A stretch of DNA of 64,000 nucleotides. It comes from Anthoceros angustus. Lineage: Eukaryota; Plantae; Anthocerotophyta. Both the position numbers and the translations under genes were made by a program. This document shows, in pieces, positions 62,233-64,000 of the stretch. Numbering within the stretch: the first letter of the stretch is position 1; each line of letters starts with the position of its first letter. The stretch spans positions 744,001-808,000 of the forward strand of contig VJWM01000126.1 in the NCBI GenBank assembly GCA_010909165.1, in the 5' to 3' direction. Below the pieces are notes generated by a model that saw nothing but the letters and a program-made list of their open reading frames with translations, did no database searches and was not told the origin of the DNA.

Positions 62233-63737
62233 GGGTGAGGAGCAGGCTACCGCTTCATGGAAGCCTAGCGGAAAGAAGCATTTGTTCTGGATTCTCCAGA
62301 AGGCGAAAGTAATAGCTACATTTGAGATGCTCAGTGCAGTCCGATTACTCAAGAACATGAGAGAGTACCAACTCCCATAATAAGGAATATTTTCCATCTC
62401 TTTCTTTTCTGTTTTGGTTGTGGCAGGAAGCGGGATGAAGCTTAACACCTACTGGCGGTGTGCCATACGTGCATGCTCAAGTTGAGCGTTTTAACATACT
62501 ACATATCTTCCTTGATGGAGATAGATAGCACGTGGTATCTCTATGTACATGCAAGAATATATTTGACTGCAGAACACGATAATTTTTGAAGGGGTTAATA
62601 ATCTAGAAGGGGTTTTCGCAAATAATCCGAAGGGGATTTTGATGGGCCCTAAAGCAGTTTTGAAGGCATTTTGAAAACAAGGGGTGTCACCCGAAAGTTA
62701 CTACTTTCCATCCAGCAATGTTTGGTCGAATGGTCGAAACCGAACCTTAGGGAATGATGCAAAGTAGGAACGGTGAGGAAGGCTTCACGGTGGACGATCA
62801 GAACTCGGGCTTTGGGATGGAAATGTGGTTTTGTTATGACACCACAAAAGCCACAGATGTGTATTTCCCAACACGAAACATCGAACGGACTTACAACATT
62901 AACTGGGACCCCGGAAAAGCGAGATTTCGTTCACTCATCCCGAGTTCAATCCATCGTCATCACTTGGTCCAGCTTCTCCTCCATTGTCATCACTATCTTC
63001 ACACTTTGACTCGCGGGTTGTATGAAACGCAACTCATGAGCTTATCCCTTATCGCTTTTTGTCCACCGCATACGAGATGTTTTTCGTTCAACACAAACCC
63101 ATGTCTGAGGATGATTTTATTTCATTCACAAATACCTCCTGTATGTTTTTAGGTAATGGATCTTATTCCCTTTTTCCTCGGCATTGGACCGGATGGGTTA
63201 CCACTCTGGCGGACTATTCACATATCTCCCTTCATACGCATCTGTGCTCGATAGTGGATAAGAAAGTGAGGTGGTGGTGCGTTTAGCTTCACGTCAATGA
63301 CCTCCCAATCCGAGAATGGCCTGTATGTCCGTATTGCAGCGCGCGGAAACATCCCTCTCGGTTCCGTTATGTCCCCATTCATCCGTGCCATTTCCGTTGC
63401 CTTCCGCATTTTGATATGCCCCAAAGTACATATCACGCGTGGGAGGTCCCTCAATAATGCCTCATCTAGCAAAGCTTCATCCGCACTTGAAGTGGTGCGT
63501 ATGATCCACTTACACGTGAAAACCACTTCCAAGGACTGTAGCACTAGCCCAATGTTATTCTCCACAATGATAGCAATCTCCTTCCGGTCCACCCAAAGGC
63601 TTCCCACCACTTGTACTCTTCATCACTATGGACGCAAATCTTTTAACCCTTCCAAATGGGCCACACCTTCCATCGGTGATAGGATACTTCCTTCTTGTCC
63701 CCCCTAGCTTCACCCATGCACCGTAGGATGGTGCTAA

Positions 63738-64000
63738 GGGGCGCGCCCGACCGGCGCCCTCCCCCATGCCACACTCATGGGCGCCCGGCCGCGCCTCCCA
63801 GCACACCACCGCCCATGGCGCCGGCGGCGCCTCCCCTAACACACCACCGCCCATGGGCGCCGTCGCCACCGCCCATGGGCGCCGGCCGGCCGCGCCCTCC
63901 CCTAACACACACCATGGGCGCCGGCCGTCCTCCCCTAGCACACCGCCATGGGCGCCGCCGGCGCCCTCCCCTAGCACACCACCGCCCATGGGCGGCGGCC
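63738..64000 (-). repeat. GC-rich tandem array, reverse complement of the 61966-62232 array (runs off the window end)
   Basis: The cctcccctagcacaccaccgcccatgggcgcc units are the reverse complement of ggcgcccatgggcggtggtgtgctaggggagg. Confidence 0.8.

Noticed and set aside
61144-62688. Candidate 1.5-kb LTR (purine tract, then TGACCCCCTT ... AAGGGGTGTCA)
   Set aside because: There is no partner LTR, TSD or associated pol in the window, and the short terminal match could be chance.

Overview
Eukaryotic nuclear DNA from a compact, intron-rich land-plant genome. Short (~70-120 bp) GT-AG introns, high gene density and a Kir-type channel gene suggest a seed-free plant such as a hornwort or other bryophyte; this is inference. 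The first ~45 kb is genic. It holds the 3' end of an unknown ORF, the mitochondrial ATP synthase 6-kDa subunit, SOS1/NHX7 tail-to-tail with an MHX-family exchanger that has altered ion-binding motifs, an intronless URI1 prefoldin gene next to broken FEX (CrcB) and ribosomal-L1-domain gene fragments, GRV2/RME-8, an inward-rectifier (Kir/IRK)-family channel with a non-canonical filter (TTFGGS), and a CW-zinc-finger MBD gene. AT-rich spacers carry repeat and TE debris, including a 25-bp minisatellite with higher-order structure. The last ~19 kb is repeat-derived. A frameshift-riddled Ty3/Gypsy element (gag, RT, RNase H, DDE integrase, PHD finger, extra 3' ORF) has terminal repeats in a split X-ORFs-Y-X-Y layout and is nested in an unclassified G-rich repeat. 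It is followed by an orphan ORF and inverted GC-rich arrays. The best leads are the Kir channel with an altered filter, the split-repeat PHD-bearing Gypsy and the divergent MHX. All family assignments come from motif recognition by eye; no database searches were run.
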